From Octopus bimaculoides (taxonomy: Eukaryota): DNA of 55,315 bases. Every line of letters starts with the position of its first letter. Positions within the stretch are counted from its first letter, which is position 1. Below the pieces are notes generated by a model. That model made no database searches and was not told the origin of the DNA. It saw only the letters and a program-made list of their open reading frames with translations. The position numbers and the translations under genes are program-made. The DNA is taken from the NCBI RefSeq assembly GCF_001194135.2, contig NC_068986.1:55910601-55965915 (forward strand). Direction: 5' to 3'. Of this stretch, positions 1 to 13,207 are shown piece by piece.

Positions 1-299
1 ATATATATATATATATATATATAAAGAGACAAGATCTGTAAACTAATCCCTACATTAACGGTATTAATATAATTATTAAGAGTTACAGTCTAAAAATATT
101 GAAAAAGAGTATTATAGAAAACAAGGTTAAAACATTATGGAATAAGTAGATAATAGTAAAAAAAAATGTGTTAGTGTATAAAGTTACTAAAAGATGGATG
201 TCAATATTGTTTATAAAATTAACATAAGAAAACATGACTCATCTGCCGGTGGTTGACTGTAGACTAAATCAAAATGGCTGTGTTATAGAATTTATACAA

Positions 300-1285
300 A
301 AAGGTCACGTGATAAATATGACGTCTATTACCCAGAAGTACTTGCGTATTATAATTACTAAAATAATAACGAAAATATCGAAAAATAAAATCTACCTAAA
401 ATAAAAATTCTTGAGGATTAAAAATACTAAAATACTTAAACTTGCAAATTAACGCAGAATAATAACTATACACATACGAACATTCTATATTACGCAAATA
501 ATGCTATGAAAATTAATACTGAAAAGTCACGTGATAAACATCGCGTCCATTACCAGAGGTAAATACGTATTATAATAACTAAAATAATAACGAAAAAATC
601 GAAAAAGAAAAACCTTCCTAAAGTAAAAAGTTTATTTAAGATCAATAATACTAAAATACTTAAAACACTCAGATTTACACAGAATAATAACAATACCAAA
701 TACTAAAGTTATGTATTACTTAAATAATGTTATGAAACATTGTAAAAGACTGCTCATGTTGTCGATGAATACTTAAAGTAAAGGTAGTTACATGTTCCAA
801 TTTGTATAATATTGAGATGATAAAAGTGTATTCTAAAGCTAATTTGATGTATCTTACGCTACGGATCATAACTATAAGTTGGTAACTAATCCTAGGTTTA
901 AATAAATAAGTTAGTTATCTAAACTTACTAGAAAAGTAATTTAATTTATGTCTGCATTTGATATTACGTTCATCGTGGGAGTTAATTTTTTATTAGCTAA
1001 TAATATCTCTTTAAATTCGTTAGTACATAATAAGCAGAATTTATTCCCTATCCTATATGATTTAGCCTTGCAAACTATTTCCCATTTTAACTCGTATTCT
1101 ATTCTTTTAGATTTCAGTTCCCAAATGTATTTACTAAGGCCCGTAGAGTTCATTAAATTTCTGTTCTTAAAAGAATTCATATGTTGGGCCACCCGGGATT
1201 TAATTTTATTGGAAGTCGGTCCAATGTAAGTAGTATTTATGTTATCATTATTACTACAGTTATTATCCTTCAAAATCACTATACT
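300..1285 (-). mobile_element. Penelope-like element remnant (GIY-YIG endonuclease C-terminal part plus 3' region), cut by an N gap
   Basis: 941-1285 translates to TTYIGPTSNKIKSRVAQHMNSF...LSKYIWELK...KWEIV...CLLCTNE: YIG.T...R..QH motif and C.LC..E tail typical of PLE GIY-YIG domains. The downstream boundary is approximate. Confidence 0.75.
304..741. repeat. Two diverged tandem copies, 222-bp period (304-513, 526-741)
   Basis: Both start GTCACGTGATAAA and share GCGTATTATAAT/ACTAAAATAATAACGAAAA..ATCGAAAAA and AATACTAAAATACTTAAA blocks. Confidence 0.85.
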
Positions 1286-1445
1286 NNNNNNNNNNNNNNN
1301 NNNNNNNNNNNNNNNNNNNNNNNNNNNNNNNNNNNNNNNNNNNNNNNNNNNNNNNNNNNNNNNNNNNNNNNNNNNNNNNNNNNNNNNNNNNNNNNNNNNN
1401 NNNNNNNNNNNNNNNNNNNNNNNNNNNNNNNNNNNNNNNNNNNNN
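1286..1445. other. Assembly gap (N). Others: 36239-36311, 48997-49012, 51990-52089
   Basis: Runs of n. Confidence 1.
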
Positions 1446-2177
1446 ATATATATATATATATATATATAAATATATATATATGTGTGTGTGTGTGTGTGTC
1501 TCGAGTTGTAGGTGTAATTCAAAGGAACCAGCCTTGTCATATTCTGTGTGAGGCTGAATCCCCCTGAGAACTACGTTAATGTTATGTATGTCTGTGGAGT
1601 ACTCAGCCATTTGTGAGTTAATTTTATCCTTGTGTGCTAATGAAAAGTGAAACTGACATCCAATATTTGCTGTGTGTATGTATCTATGTATGAACTTTTC
1701 TTTGAATTTTTGCATCTACTGTTCTCTCTCAGTTTCTTTCTCTTTCACTTCCTTTGTATCCCTCTTCTCTCCCACTTTTGATTTAACAATGTGTATATGT
1801 ATCTATGTATCTACTTCTCTTGCGATGAACGCCGTCACCACTCACTGTCTCTTTCTCTCTCACTTTTTTTTTCTCTCTCTCTCACTCTCCTTGTTTCTCT
1901 CTTATGTCCTCTCTGAAACATTTAAAAACACAATACAAACGCCGTCACCATTCATTGTCTCTTTCACTCTCCCCCTTTCTCTGTCTCCCTTTCTCTCTTA
2001 CTTCCTCTCTGCCCTCCTCTCTCGCTTTGCTACTTCTTTGAAGTGTGATGCACACAACACAGGTATATACAAAAACAAAAAGCGTATCAATATTATTGAT
2101 AATAATAATAGTCGTCATAGTAGTAGTATTCCTTCTTTGCAGGTTTTATACTAGCAAGTGAGTACCTGTGATTAATT

Positions 2178-2370
2178 ATTATTACTTTCGCCTTTGCTAA
2201 GGCGGAGGTACTGTTTCCAGTCGTGTTTGTTTGTCTGTAGACAAGATATCTCAAGAACCGCTGGATGGATTCGGATGAAGCTTTCAGGGATGTTTGGCTT
2301 TGGGACTAGCACAAGCTGATTAGATTTTGGGAGCCATCCGGTACCAGACAAGGATTTTAGATTAATAGAA
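2178..2370. mobile_element. Non-autonomous Helentron/HINE-like repeat fragment
   Basis: TTACTTTCGCC...AAGGCGGAGGTACTGTTT...GTTTGTTTGTCTGT...GATATCTCAAGAACCGCTGGATGGATTCGGATGAAGCTTTCAGG resembles widespread metazoan Helentron-derived repeats (recall only). Confidence 0.45.
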
Positions 2371-2704
2371 ATATTAATATTTCTAAGTCTCTCTAAAGGA
2401 GACTACGGCAGCGGTACTGGATATTAATAGTTATCGCCAAGCCAACATGGCAGTCCAAAAAAATAAATAAATAAAATATGACGAATGCTGCCTTGATTAA
2501 CTCCAAGAAGCCATCACTTCTAGCTAGCTATGTGACACCTTTTTTTTAACTTTTGTATGCTACGCATATGTTCCTTCTTTGTCAATGTTTTTATTTACTT
2601 ATTTTTTTTTTATCATTTCATTATTATATGTAAATCCCCACACTTTATGTCTGTCTCTGTATTGTCCCCCCTCATCCTTTTCCCTTGTGCAAATAAATGA
2701 AATC

Positions 2705-3084
2705 ATCATTATCATTATTCATTGCCTTTGCACAGCTTTTAACGCTGGAGATGTACTGTGGTGTCAGCTGTTCACTACTAGTGAACTAAGGTAGCACCTC
2801 TTATGTTTTGAGCACCTTCCGGAGTATTTTCTGCAAGCAGTGCTATTTTCTGCAAGTGCTCCACCCTTATTGCATCCCCTATTTGTTCCATTTCCTTCTT
2901 GAGATTTTTGCTCACTGTTCCCAGGGCTCCTACAATTATTGGTACCACTACCACCTTTCTCGTCGACCACAACTGCTTAACTTCCCAAGCTAACCTGTCA
3001 TATCTCTTGACTTTTCTTTCTTCCTTATCACATACCTTGTTATCAGCTGGGCATGCTATATCTATGATCCAGCATAGTTTGTTT

Positions 3085-3087
<3 letters not shown>
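2705..3087 (-). mobile_element. 3' end of an R4/Dong-clade non-LTR retrotransposon (restriction-like endonuclease)
   Basis: Reads CWIIDIACPADNKVCDKEERKVKRYDRLAWEVKQLWSTRKVVVVPIIVGALGTV...LQKIALL, the RLE C-terminus (ID.ACP..., P..vGALG, LQK.ALL); abuts a (TAA/CAA)n tract. Confidence 0.8.
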
Positions 3088-3128
<41 letters not shown>

Positions 3129-3166
3129 GTTGTTGTTGTTGTTGTTGTTGCTATTATTATTATTAT
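3087..3166. repeat. (ATT)n/(GTT)n microsatellite
   Basis: Direct reading; one of many. Others include (GT)n 30723-30772, (ATT)n 31360-31405, (TATG)n 34315-34370 and (AC)n(AT)n 52782-52868. Confidence 0.95.
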
Positions 3167-3958
3167 GTCTCTGGTGACTCAGTATTTGGATTCACTTATA
3201 ATATATTCCTGACAATAAATTCTGTCAATTTATTCCAGGCTTTTTTTAAACATGAATTAAGTATTACTGGAGGAGAGGGCTGGCAGGATTTGATTTTTTA
3301 AAAATCTGAATATTGAAAAAACATTGCAAGTGAGAGGTGGCAAATATCTCAACTAAATAAGCCACCACACTAGATATAACAAAACTGTTTGAAAGGATGA
3401 AATAAATAGGTAGACACTTTGCTGTCTCAAAATTAGCAACCAAATCTCCATCAAAATGTTCTGTACTACATTTAAATAGGAGGTCTGTGTTTTTAATAGT
3501 TCAAGTCCCTTCACTTCATGGTAACACGCTCTCACAATAAAGTAAAGATATGTTATAAAGAGAAATACTAATCAAAGGCTTTGTTCAATTCTGATATTTT
3601 GACCCATTAGGAAACATTAAATCTGAGAATAAAGACCACTAACTACTTAAGTTATAATTCTGATTGATCAGGACAGGCTTAAAGCAAAACCACAACATCA
3701 TCATCATCATGTAGTAAGACATACAGTGGACTGAGCCAATAGAGGAACAGTCTACATGGCTGCCAGAAACAATGGCCAAATCTCCATGGGATCATATATA
3801 TATCAACTTTGATAAAAAGGAAAGAAATATTTAGTAATGTAATCCCTAACATACAAAAGGACAGAGCTGTCAAGATGGGAATATTTTTGATAAATATCTA
3901 CTCATTTGGAGTTGATCAAAGACTAAAAAGTAAAAACAAGAATATCAAAACAACATAC

Positions 3959-4113
3959 ACTGGATGAATATAAAACACAGTTTTCAGTAACAAAATTGTT
4001 TGGTTCCCAAGTATTCCAGTTGGTATACATCACTTTGGCACCATTACTCCAAGTATAAATACCTTCATGGTGGGCATCAGTCAATCCAATCCAAAATATT
4101 TTGCTAGGCTTTG
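3959..4113 (-). CDS. Lectin exon O (CTLD-4 middle): (A)KPSKIFWIGLTDAHHEGIYTWSNGAKVMYTNWNTWEPNNFVTENCVLYSSS
   Basis: TTTCTCCAG acceptor, AGT|GTATGT donor; 155 nt, phase 1 to 0; FWIGLTD..EG..W..G...NW...EPN...ENC. The next exon (W.D..C) was not found in the window. Confidence 0.92.
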
Positions 4114-4161
4114 CTGGAGAAAAATAAAGAGTCAAAAGTTTAATTGGAACATTAACATCTG

Positions 4162-4195
<34 letters not shown>

Positions 4196-4364
4196 TTTCT
4201 CATGCATGGGAATGTGTTTGTGTGTGTGTATATATATATCACAGTATACGCTCACAGATAATGTATCAATAGCCAGCTGGAAAAGATGTTTTCCTGGGGC
4301 TAAAAGGTAGTAACACCATCCTGCGTAAGACTGCCATGTTGTGTTGGCAAATAGACTTTACTAC

Positions 4365-4515
4365 GCACAGGAGTGGCTGTGTGTTAAGAAGCTTGCTTCC
4401 CAACCACATAGTTCCGGGTTCAGTTCCACTGTGTGGCACACTGGGAAAGTGTCATCTACTATAGCCTTGAGCCGACCAAAGCCTTGAGTGGATTTGGTAA
4501 ATGAAAACTGAAATT
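4365..4515 (+). mobile_element. SINE family A head
   Basis: GCACAGGAGTGGCTGTGTGTTAAG...GGGTTCAGTTCC...GGAAAGTGTC. Confidence 0.8.
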
Positions 4516-4595
4516 AGTATTTTATAGAGTACATTTTTTCTGGAAGGTGATTGGACTCTTTCATTGTTTGAATTGTATACTGGTGGTTCATCTCT

Positions 4596-4627
<32 letters not shown>

Positions 4628-6469
4628 GATTAGAGACAGGTATTCTTTGTATTGAATTATTTTGTAGTGCTCAAGAGATTTGAACTTGAGCAGGTAGCAG
4701 AGTAAATGTAAGGAGAAGCAAGTTAGGTAATACTTAATTCATTTGATACAAAAAAATGTACATATGTATGCATACAAAAACTGACTTACTTTTTTATATG
4801 CAAACATATGTACATTTTGTGTGTTAAATGTATTTAATATTTTTTATATATTGACTTGCCTGACTTGCTTGTCCTTACATTTACTCTTATACATACACAC
4901 ACACACACACACACACATATGTACACACATACACACAGATATATATATATATATATATGCATACATATATATACAAATGCACACACACTCACATACACAC
5001 ATGCATGATATATAAATTGCAAAGATAAGAATATTTTTTCATGAAAGCAGTTTAGCAGAGAGCTCAAAATAAAGAGTGATGAACATGTATAGAATTTTAG
5101 TAAACAGAATATGATTACAAGATTGACAATTATCAAACAGACAACTACTGAAATGTTCAATGAAGAGCAATTATGTGAAAATTATTTAAAATATAGCATT
5201 AAAAAGAAATGCTTCTCTGGATATAAGAGCAATTCTGACCAATCAAAAAAGAACTATCAACAAATTGTATTTGAAATAATTATACATTATGATATTTACA
5301 ATATATTTATAGAACAGCATTCTAATAAAAATAATAGATATGCTCACATGAACAAACATACTCCAGTATATAAAAAATTAGCATGAGTATAAATAAACAA
5401 CAAAAAGAAAACAAAAACACTTCACCCAAAGATCACAGAGACATGAAACTGTCACAAAAATCAAAATTGAATTCAGTTTGAACAATGTAACCACACAGTA
5501 TATTGAGGATTCTCTTCCTCTTTCATTAATAAACTGTAATATTTCCATGTAAACTTAATTTATATACATTAAAATATTAAGCATACACATATTTAGTATA
5601 CACATATTCATATGGGTATATTTGGTATCCATCATTTCCATTTATTTATTTTCACATAGACTTTTGGTATAGCCCCAACTAATTTCTAAATAGTTGTGGA
5701 GCACTCTCACTCACTATGCACGCACACACACATGTGCATATAGAATTAGAATGTCATGTTTAACCTTTTAGATTCATGTTAAATAAATATTGATTTCTTC
5801 TGTAGATGGTCACATATAAATATATATAAAATAGCCTGGACTTCCTTTACTGTTATATCCAGAAGTATATAGATGAGTGGTGTACATATCAAAATAGAAA
5901 TTTCAGATAACATAGATAAGCAGCAATAAAAATTATAGATCCCAGTCAAATTGATCTCTCCGTCTTCCCCCACCCACCACTCTCTCTCGTTACACACACA
6001 CAAACACACGAGCATGTGTGTGTGTGTGCCTGTGTGTGTGCATGCACGCAACTGGTCTAAATGGTTTTCTCACTGATTGTTGATTCAAAATCTGTATGGT
6101 ACTAGAGTAAAGACTCCAAATCAGCTTCTTCTTGTTCTGAAATTCCCACAAGTGACCTTAGATAAACTTAGATGATACAAGGAGTTGTGAACAGGAAAAT
6201 AACAGTAATAAATATGAAAGAATATCAAATGCTAAGTATATACCCGCTTAGCAGTTTGGCAAAACAGACTGATAAAATAAGTATCAGATTTTAAAAATAT
6301 AAGTACTGGGGTTGATTTGTTCAACTAAAACCTTTCAAAGTGGTTTCTCAGCATGGCTGCAGTCCAATAATTGAAACAAGTAAAAGGTGCATGTATGTGT
6401 ACACACATGCATGCATGCATGCATAGACACTTACATACACACACATTTACGCACATTCTTTTATTATTT

Positions 6470-6825
6470 TACTTGCTTTAGTCATTTGACTGCAACCATG
6501 CTGGAGCACCATCTTGAACGGTTTTTTTGTTGAACAAATCGACCCTATTTTATCAGTCTCTTTGCCACACCAATAAGTTACAGGACGTAAACATACCAAC
6601 ACCTGTTGTCAAGCAATGATGAGGAGGGGTGGACAAACACAAACACAAAGACACACATATACGATGGGCTTCTTTCAGTTTCCATCATCCAAATGCACTC
6701 ACAAGGCTTTGGTCAGCCCGAGGCTATAGTAAAAGGCACATCCCCAAGGTGTCATGCAGTGGGACTGAACTCTAAACCATGTGGTTGGGAAGCAAGCCTC
6801 TTGGCATGCAGTCACACATGTACCT
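6470..6825 (-). mobile_element. SINE family A (reverse)
   Basis: Reverse complement of the family A head and tail; further partial reverse copies at ~7075-7330, ~8345-8610, ~12225-12380 and ~52290-52410. Confidence 0.8.
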
Positions 6826-7685
6826 ATACATATATCTGCATAAACAGAGAAATTTTATTCAGAAGAAAGTTACAAAAATAACACAAAAGCCAGAAGTTTT
6901 GTGCATGACACTGAACAAAATTGCCAAGTATTATGCACGAAACTTTGGGCCCCAGAGTCCCTTCTGTAACTTTCTGTCAAATGTAAATAATAAAAATGTT
7001 TACATACTCATGCACTGAGTTCTACTTCTATTTATTCTACCAAACTTGATAGATGTCGATTGAAAATATATCTTATCTTTACTTGTTTCAATCATTAGAC
7101 CGTGGTCATGCTGGGGCACCACCTTGGAGAATTCTTTTTTTAGTTAAATGAATCAACCCCAGTGCTTATTTTTTAAAGCCTGGTACTTATTCTATTGGTC
7201 TCTTTATTCAGACTGTTAGGTTATAGGGATATAAACACACCAGCACTGGTTGTCAAGCCAGGGGGGGGGGGAGTCAAAGACACACATATACACACGACAA
7301 GCTTCTTTCAGTTTCCATCTACCAAATTCATACACAAAATTGGTTATGCATATAAAATTGGGCAAAATGGCTTTCTAACTGAGTGTTTATTTGGCATCTG
7401 TGTAGCACTTGGGGAAAGATCTTTCTAAATCAGTTAATTCTTCCTTTAAACAAACTTGATTAAATTTGTACTCTTTGCATGTCTTTCCTATGGAGAAAAA
7501 GTAATTGAAATGTATAGAATAACAACACTGGGAAAAAAAAAGATCTTTTAATGACTCAAATATCAATCTTATGAGGAGAGGTCAGAATGAATTGGTAGCA
7601 GCATGGCTTGTGTCTTTGGTGGTATGTAGACAACATGATTGGATGTTGGGAAGAATAGCATGAAGAATTATCTAAAATGGTATTC

Positions 7686-8100
7686 AGGCGCAGGAGTGGC
7701 TGTGTGGTAAGTAGCTTGCTTACCAACCACATGGTTCCGGGTTCAGTCCTACTGCGTGGCACCTTGGGCAAGTGTCTTCTACTATAGCCTCGGGCCGACC
7801 AAAGCCTTGTGAGTGGATTTGGTAGACGGAAACTGGAAGAAGTCCGTCGTATATATGTATATATATGTATGTGTTTGTGTGTCTGTTTTTGTCCCCCCCC
7901 CCCCAGCATCGCTTGACAACCGATGCTGGTGTGTTCACATCCCCGTAACTTAGCGCTTCGGCAAAAAGTGACCCGATAAAATAAGTACTAGGCTTACAAA
8001 GAATAAGTTCTGGGGTCGATTTGATTCGACTAAAGGCGGTGCTCCAGCATGGCCACAGTCAAATGACTGAAACAAGTAAAAGAGTAAAAAGAGTAAGAGT
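7686..8100 (+). mobile_element. tRNA-derived SINE, family A (full length)
   Basis: Head AGGCGCAGGAGTGGCTGTGTGGTAAG...GGTTCAGTCC, CCTTGGGCAAGTGTCTT core, internal (TA/TG)n, tail ...AAATGACTGAAACAAGTAAAAGAG; many paralogs within the window. Confidence 0.88.
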
Positions 8101-8968
8101 ATACTTAACCAAAGAATAAGGAAACGGATTTGTTGCAGACACAGGTTATTAAGATTTTAGCTATTTCTCTAGTTCATCGATGGTGAACTATGGCATGAGT
8201 ATTATCAGTGATATACTGCACATATTTAAGTGACACACAATGAACTCTGAAGGAAAAATTTCATTACAATATCATGTTATATAAAAACTTTTCAATAAGC
8301 ATTTATCTAATAAATAAATGACACTTCAATAACAGGATATTTCTTTTTTACTCATTTCAGTCATTAGACTGTGGGCATGCTGGGGCATCCATTGCCTTGT
8401 GGAATTTTTAGTTGAAAGAATCGACCTTCAGTGCTTATTTCTTTTTAAGACATGGTACTTATTCTATCATTATCTGTTGCCAAACTGCTAAGTTATGGGG
8501 ATGTAAACACAGCAACACTGGTTGTGAAGCAGTAGTTGGACACACACACACACACATGTACAAGACAGGCTTCTTTTTGTTTCTATCTACGCAATCTACT
8601 CACAAGGTTTTGTTAAGGAATTAAAATCATGACCATACAAGACAAAGAAATTTTGCCATCACTGGCAATAAATAAGAATATTTTTTTTTACTTAGTCAAA
8701 GAAGAAAGAGCAGCATGTATGACTCTTTCCAAAGATTCTAAGACTAGTAGAAGGAAGGAGAAAGATATTCTGTGACCAAAGACTTGGTCCAGATGCTTGC
8801 AACAGAATGGTTTCTGCTAAAAGCATTGAAGGGCCAGGTGGTGTGCTAAACTGGACAATAGTTTAAGCTGAGGACAATTAGAACTTAAATGCCATTTATC
8901 ACTGATTTTCTCAGTCAGGGCTAACCTGGTGTTAATTATTATCTATACAAATAGAAACTATTTCTTAC

Positions 8969-9148
8969 CTTTAGTTACCAGTTTATGGATGAAGCTCTGT
9001 TCACTTCTACTATTGATAGACACCAAATCACCACCCTGGAGATGACAGTTCTTCAAGGAATGTTCCCAATTGTAAAGTTCTGTGACAACTTTGTAGCAGG
9101 CACCATCATAAAATTCCCAGGTATTTGGACAGCTGAATTCTGAGTCAT
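8969..9148 (-). CDS. Lectin exon N (CTLD-4 N-part): (D)DSEFSCPNTWEFYDGACYKVVTELYNWEHSLKNCHLQGGDLVSINSRSEQSFIHKLVTK
   Basis: CCATCTAG acceptor, G|GTAAGA donor; 180 nt, phase 1 to 1; inside ORF-track 8958..9233. Confidence 0.93.
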
Positions 9149-11354
9149 CTAGATGGCAATTGTGATGTTGGTGGCAGTGGTGGTGACAATGATGATATGA
9201 AGAAGCATACCAGGGTATGGAAAAAAAAAACACATATCGTTATAATAGTTTCTAAATTAAATTTGGGAAGGATGCATCAATCTAATCATCTCCAATACTT
9301 GACTGGTAGTTAATTGACTCTGAAAGGAGGAACAGTAAAGCTGACCTCAGTGCAATTTGAACTCAGTACACTTTCTTCCATTGCAATTCTGTTTACATCT
9401 AGTAGGATTTATAGGAGTATTAAGTTGATCCAATACATGACTATCACTCTCTGAAGCAAGAAAAAGTTGACTTTAGCAGGATTTGAACTCAGAATGTTGT
9501 TTTCTGTTACACTGTGTAACAAGATTTTTGTCATTGGACAGCAACTGTTGTTTCCTATTTGCTTACCCTTAGAAAGAATGAAAAATGACGAATATTTCCT
9601 TCAAACTTTGATTTTGTTACATTTATTCAAACCCCAAAGAATCCCTCTCAACACATGACTATGACACTCTCCAACTACTTGTGCTCAGAGATGAACATAT
9701 TGTCAGCCACTAAGGGATATGTTCAAACAGTTAAGATCAAGCAACTGACAAGCTAATCTGTGCTATTTGCTATGATGATATTTCTGCTTCAGCAACTCAG
9801 AGCTGAATCTGTCTGAAATGTAATGGGAAATAAGTCAGTTTCAAAACATTCATGTCCAGGGCATAAAAGCAAAGTTTGAAGGGAATAGTAGTCATTTCCT
9901 TTGATTTCTAGATAGAAGCAAATAGGAAATAACACTTACTGACCAAAAGCAAGGCAAAAAAAAAAAAAAAAATTAAAATTTTGTTACATAGTGTTATAAT
10001 TCTATTTACATCAAAGATGTTTTATAGGAATGCTAATTTAGAGCCAGCGTTTGAAAGGTATTTGATTTGTTGCCTGTAGAATGAGGAAAGCAAAGTTGAT
10101 AGCTCCTTGGGATTTGAACTCCAAATCCCTTCTATCATTCTTTTCACAACAAATATGCTTTGCAGGAATACTAAATTGATATGATAAATAAATAATATTG
10201 GTCATATAAAAATAAAGAAGTATAATAATGACTTCTAACAAGGTAGTAGCAGACCAAATCACTCAAACATTTCTATCTAGCAAAATAAACAACACATTGA
10301 ATAATAAGATGGGATGGTAATGGTTGGAATACTTTGGCTGTAGGTCTACTTGATCAGAATTGACCTGGGGTTACACAAGAACAACTAATTTGCAACTTTG
10401 GTTTGCCATATTTTACCATTTATTCTAAAGTACCCAAACATGGGGAACCAGAACTAGTGAAGGGATCTTTCTACCATTGCTTGATCTTGGTGGAAATAGT
10501 GCCAAAATCTATCTCATCATAAGGAAGATGCATTGGACAATATAATATCTTATTTACAGAAATGATGGGGTGGAGCATGTATGATATTTGGTTAATTTGA
10601 TCAGAACTAACCTCATGTTAAATAACTACAATTTACTTTTATTGTGTTCAAGATAAGTTCTTTGCTGGGAACAAGATAAACTTTTAACAGTTTACTGGGT
10701 AGAATGTACATGTTTTACTAGTTACAAGGTAACATTTTTTATAAGGAAGAATTGACAATCTTGTGTCTTATGGGTTTGTTTTTCCTAGTGCTGAAGATTC
10801 AAAGTAAAAATCAACACTGATAGAAATTGAACTTACAACTAAGAAGCATGAGATAAAAAATCATTTAGTTTAGTACTCATCTATTTTGCTTATCATACAA
10901 GTATATTACATAATTATTACTTTACTGGGGAAGAGTATAGTCAACTGAATTGACCCACACCTCTCCCTAATACTCGACAGGTGTTTATTCTTACAACCCC
11001 AGGTTGATGGAAAACAAAGTTAACCAAAGAAAGATTTCACATCTCAATATAGACTGAATCAGTGCTTATCTTTAGTTTCTGTAGTATTTATGTTACCTTC
11101 TATTATAATTCTGTTCAAATCTCAGATGCATTATTGAAATATAAATCATCTTCAGTATATGATTTATACTCTATTTTATTAATTCCAAGAAGACTGAAAA
11201 GTAAAGATGACAGTGGCAGAATTTGGACTCAGAATCCAAAGGGAAGTGATTAAATACTGCAAGGTATTTTCTGATATTCTAAAGATACTGCTGAAGTTAA
11301 TTCAAAGAGGATTTGAGTTTAGAATATAAGATAGAAAAAGCTATGTAAACTCAC

Positions 11355-11402
11355 CTGGGGGTGGTGTTGATGGTGTTACAGTAGTAGTTGGTTCCGGCAA
11401 TG
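11355..11402 (-). CDS. Lectin exon M, 48-nt Pro/Thr-rich linker micro-exon: (A)LPEPTTTVTPSTPPP
   Basis: TTCATCTAG acceptor, G|GTGAGT donor; phase 1 to 1, 3n length; mucin-like linker composition. Confidence 0.8.
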
Positions 11403-13093
11403 CTAGATGAACAGAAACAAATTATAGTTCTTCATTTATTCACTACTCACATATCATTAATAACTGTCATGTAACAATTCCCTAAAGTTTCTTGAAATAC
11501 AAAATAGTTACACAGGTCATCATCTTTAGATGCTATTTATAGCAGTTTGTCTGGAAATAACAATAGTCATGTTTGATGGCTGCATGTTGTGTTAGTAACA
11601 ATTTCAGCAATAATCAATGACTTTATATTCACTAACACACCAAATTAATGAAAAGCTTATTGGCATGTTCAGCACTAGCATTGCAATAGGTTGGATAGAT
11701 CTAGAAAGATAGAAAACATTTTTGAATACTTTGACCCTAAATCATCACTTCTTCAGGTTCCAGTGCTCTAATACACTCATATCTGCAGTACTCTAACTTA
11801 TCAAGTTAGAAGGATGAAACATAGTTTTACCTTTAGTAGGACTTGAACTCTGAACATAAAATAATTAACTTCATGCCACAGATATTGTGTTACCACTATC
11901 ATTATGACCTCTACTTTCCATACTTGCTTGGATCAGGTGGAATATATTGAGGCAGATTTTCTATGGATAGATGCACCTCTTGTTGCCAACTCTCATCAGG
12001 CAAGGTAATATTTTTCCATGATTAGGTATGCTGTCATGGAAAGTTGAGAATGAATGACACCACCTGTGTGATGGTGATGTTAACATACCAGCCCGTCCAT
12101 CCACCCACATATACATGCATATACACACCGATATATACATACATATACATGTATGCTTACATACATACACACATATGCATACATACACGCATACATCCAT
12201 ACATACACATACCCACACGCACATGGTGAACTTTTAGTTTCTGTCAACCAAATCCACTCATAAGGTTTGGTTGGCCTGGGGCTACAGCAGAAGATACTCG
12301 CCCAGAGTGCTACACAGTGGACTGAACCCAAAACCACATGGTCGAGAAGTAAATTCCTTAACCGCATAGACATACCTGCATCTTAACTTCCTCAAATCTT
12401 ATCCATAAAACAATGCACTGTCACTGAGCATAACAAGCATAGTAATGTTTGTCTATCCAAATTATTGGTTTTGAGTCTTCTGTAATTTTGTTTTCTTCTA
12501 TGGATATAGAAGAAAACAATTTTCCCCTTACTTTTCATACATGTTAGCCATTTATACCATAATCCTAACACAACACACTTACCTGTCTTTTTTGCATACA
12601 TCTACTGATATTGATACATCTGGATGAGCAGTCATTTTCTTAAATCATTTTAAAATATTTAATCTCACAAGTTAATATTGTTCATCTACTAGATAACATG
12701 CAACTTCTTTTTACTCAGATATTGACCATTTTCTGCATTTATAGATCATACATCTCTGCCATATAGTCTCAGAGTTTCTTAAGCAGAAAATTCTCTCATG
12801 ATAGCTTGTTGAATACATCAAATTCAAAATGATAGCTAAACTCAACTAGATAAGCTAATAAAACACAAGTGTTGGTCCTTACAGCAGTTTCTCAAAGTAT
12901 TGAAATTTACAGCCAGGCAAACAATATATTGACCATAGAAGCAATACAGAAATAATAAATTAAAAAAAACTACACAATATACAAAAAAAGACAAACCACA
13001 CAATTCACAAAATAATATACAAAAGTACAAGAAAAAAGAAAGAGAAAACAGATTGAACAATGCAAAATGAAATAGAACAAAAAGCTAACTTAC

Positions 13094-13207
13094 CTGCTTT
13101 CTTACAAATATATCCACTGCGAAGGTAACAAATGTTATCAACCCATAGAGAATCATTACGACCAACCATGGCACAATTGTTTTTTACTCGATCATAATCA
13201 GGGTGAC
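13094..13207 (-). CDS. Lectin exon L (CTLD-3 C-part): (G)HPDYDRVKNNCAMVGRNDSLWVDNICYLRSGYICKKA
   Basis: CCATTAG acceptor, G|GTAAGT donor; 114 nt, phase 1 to 1; C....W.D..C....YICK. Confidence 0.92.

Noticed and set aside
1672-2154. 160-aa plus ORF and the many other H/T/I/Y/C/V-rich ORFs in the track
   Set aside because: They are translations of (CT)n, (CA)n, (TA)n and (ATT)n microsatellites or SINE interiors.
3170-3900. Candidate final CTLD-4 exon
   Set aside because: No phase-0 acceptor gives a W.D..C....F.C peptide; the exon presumably lies left of the window.
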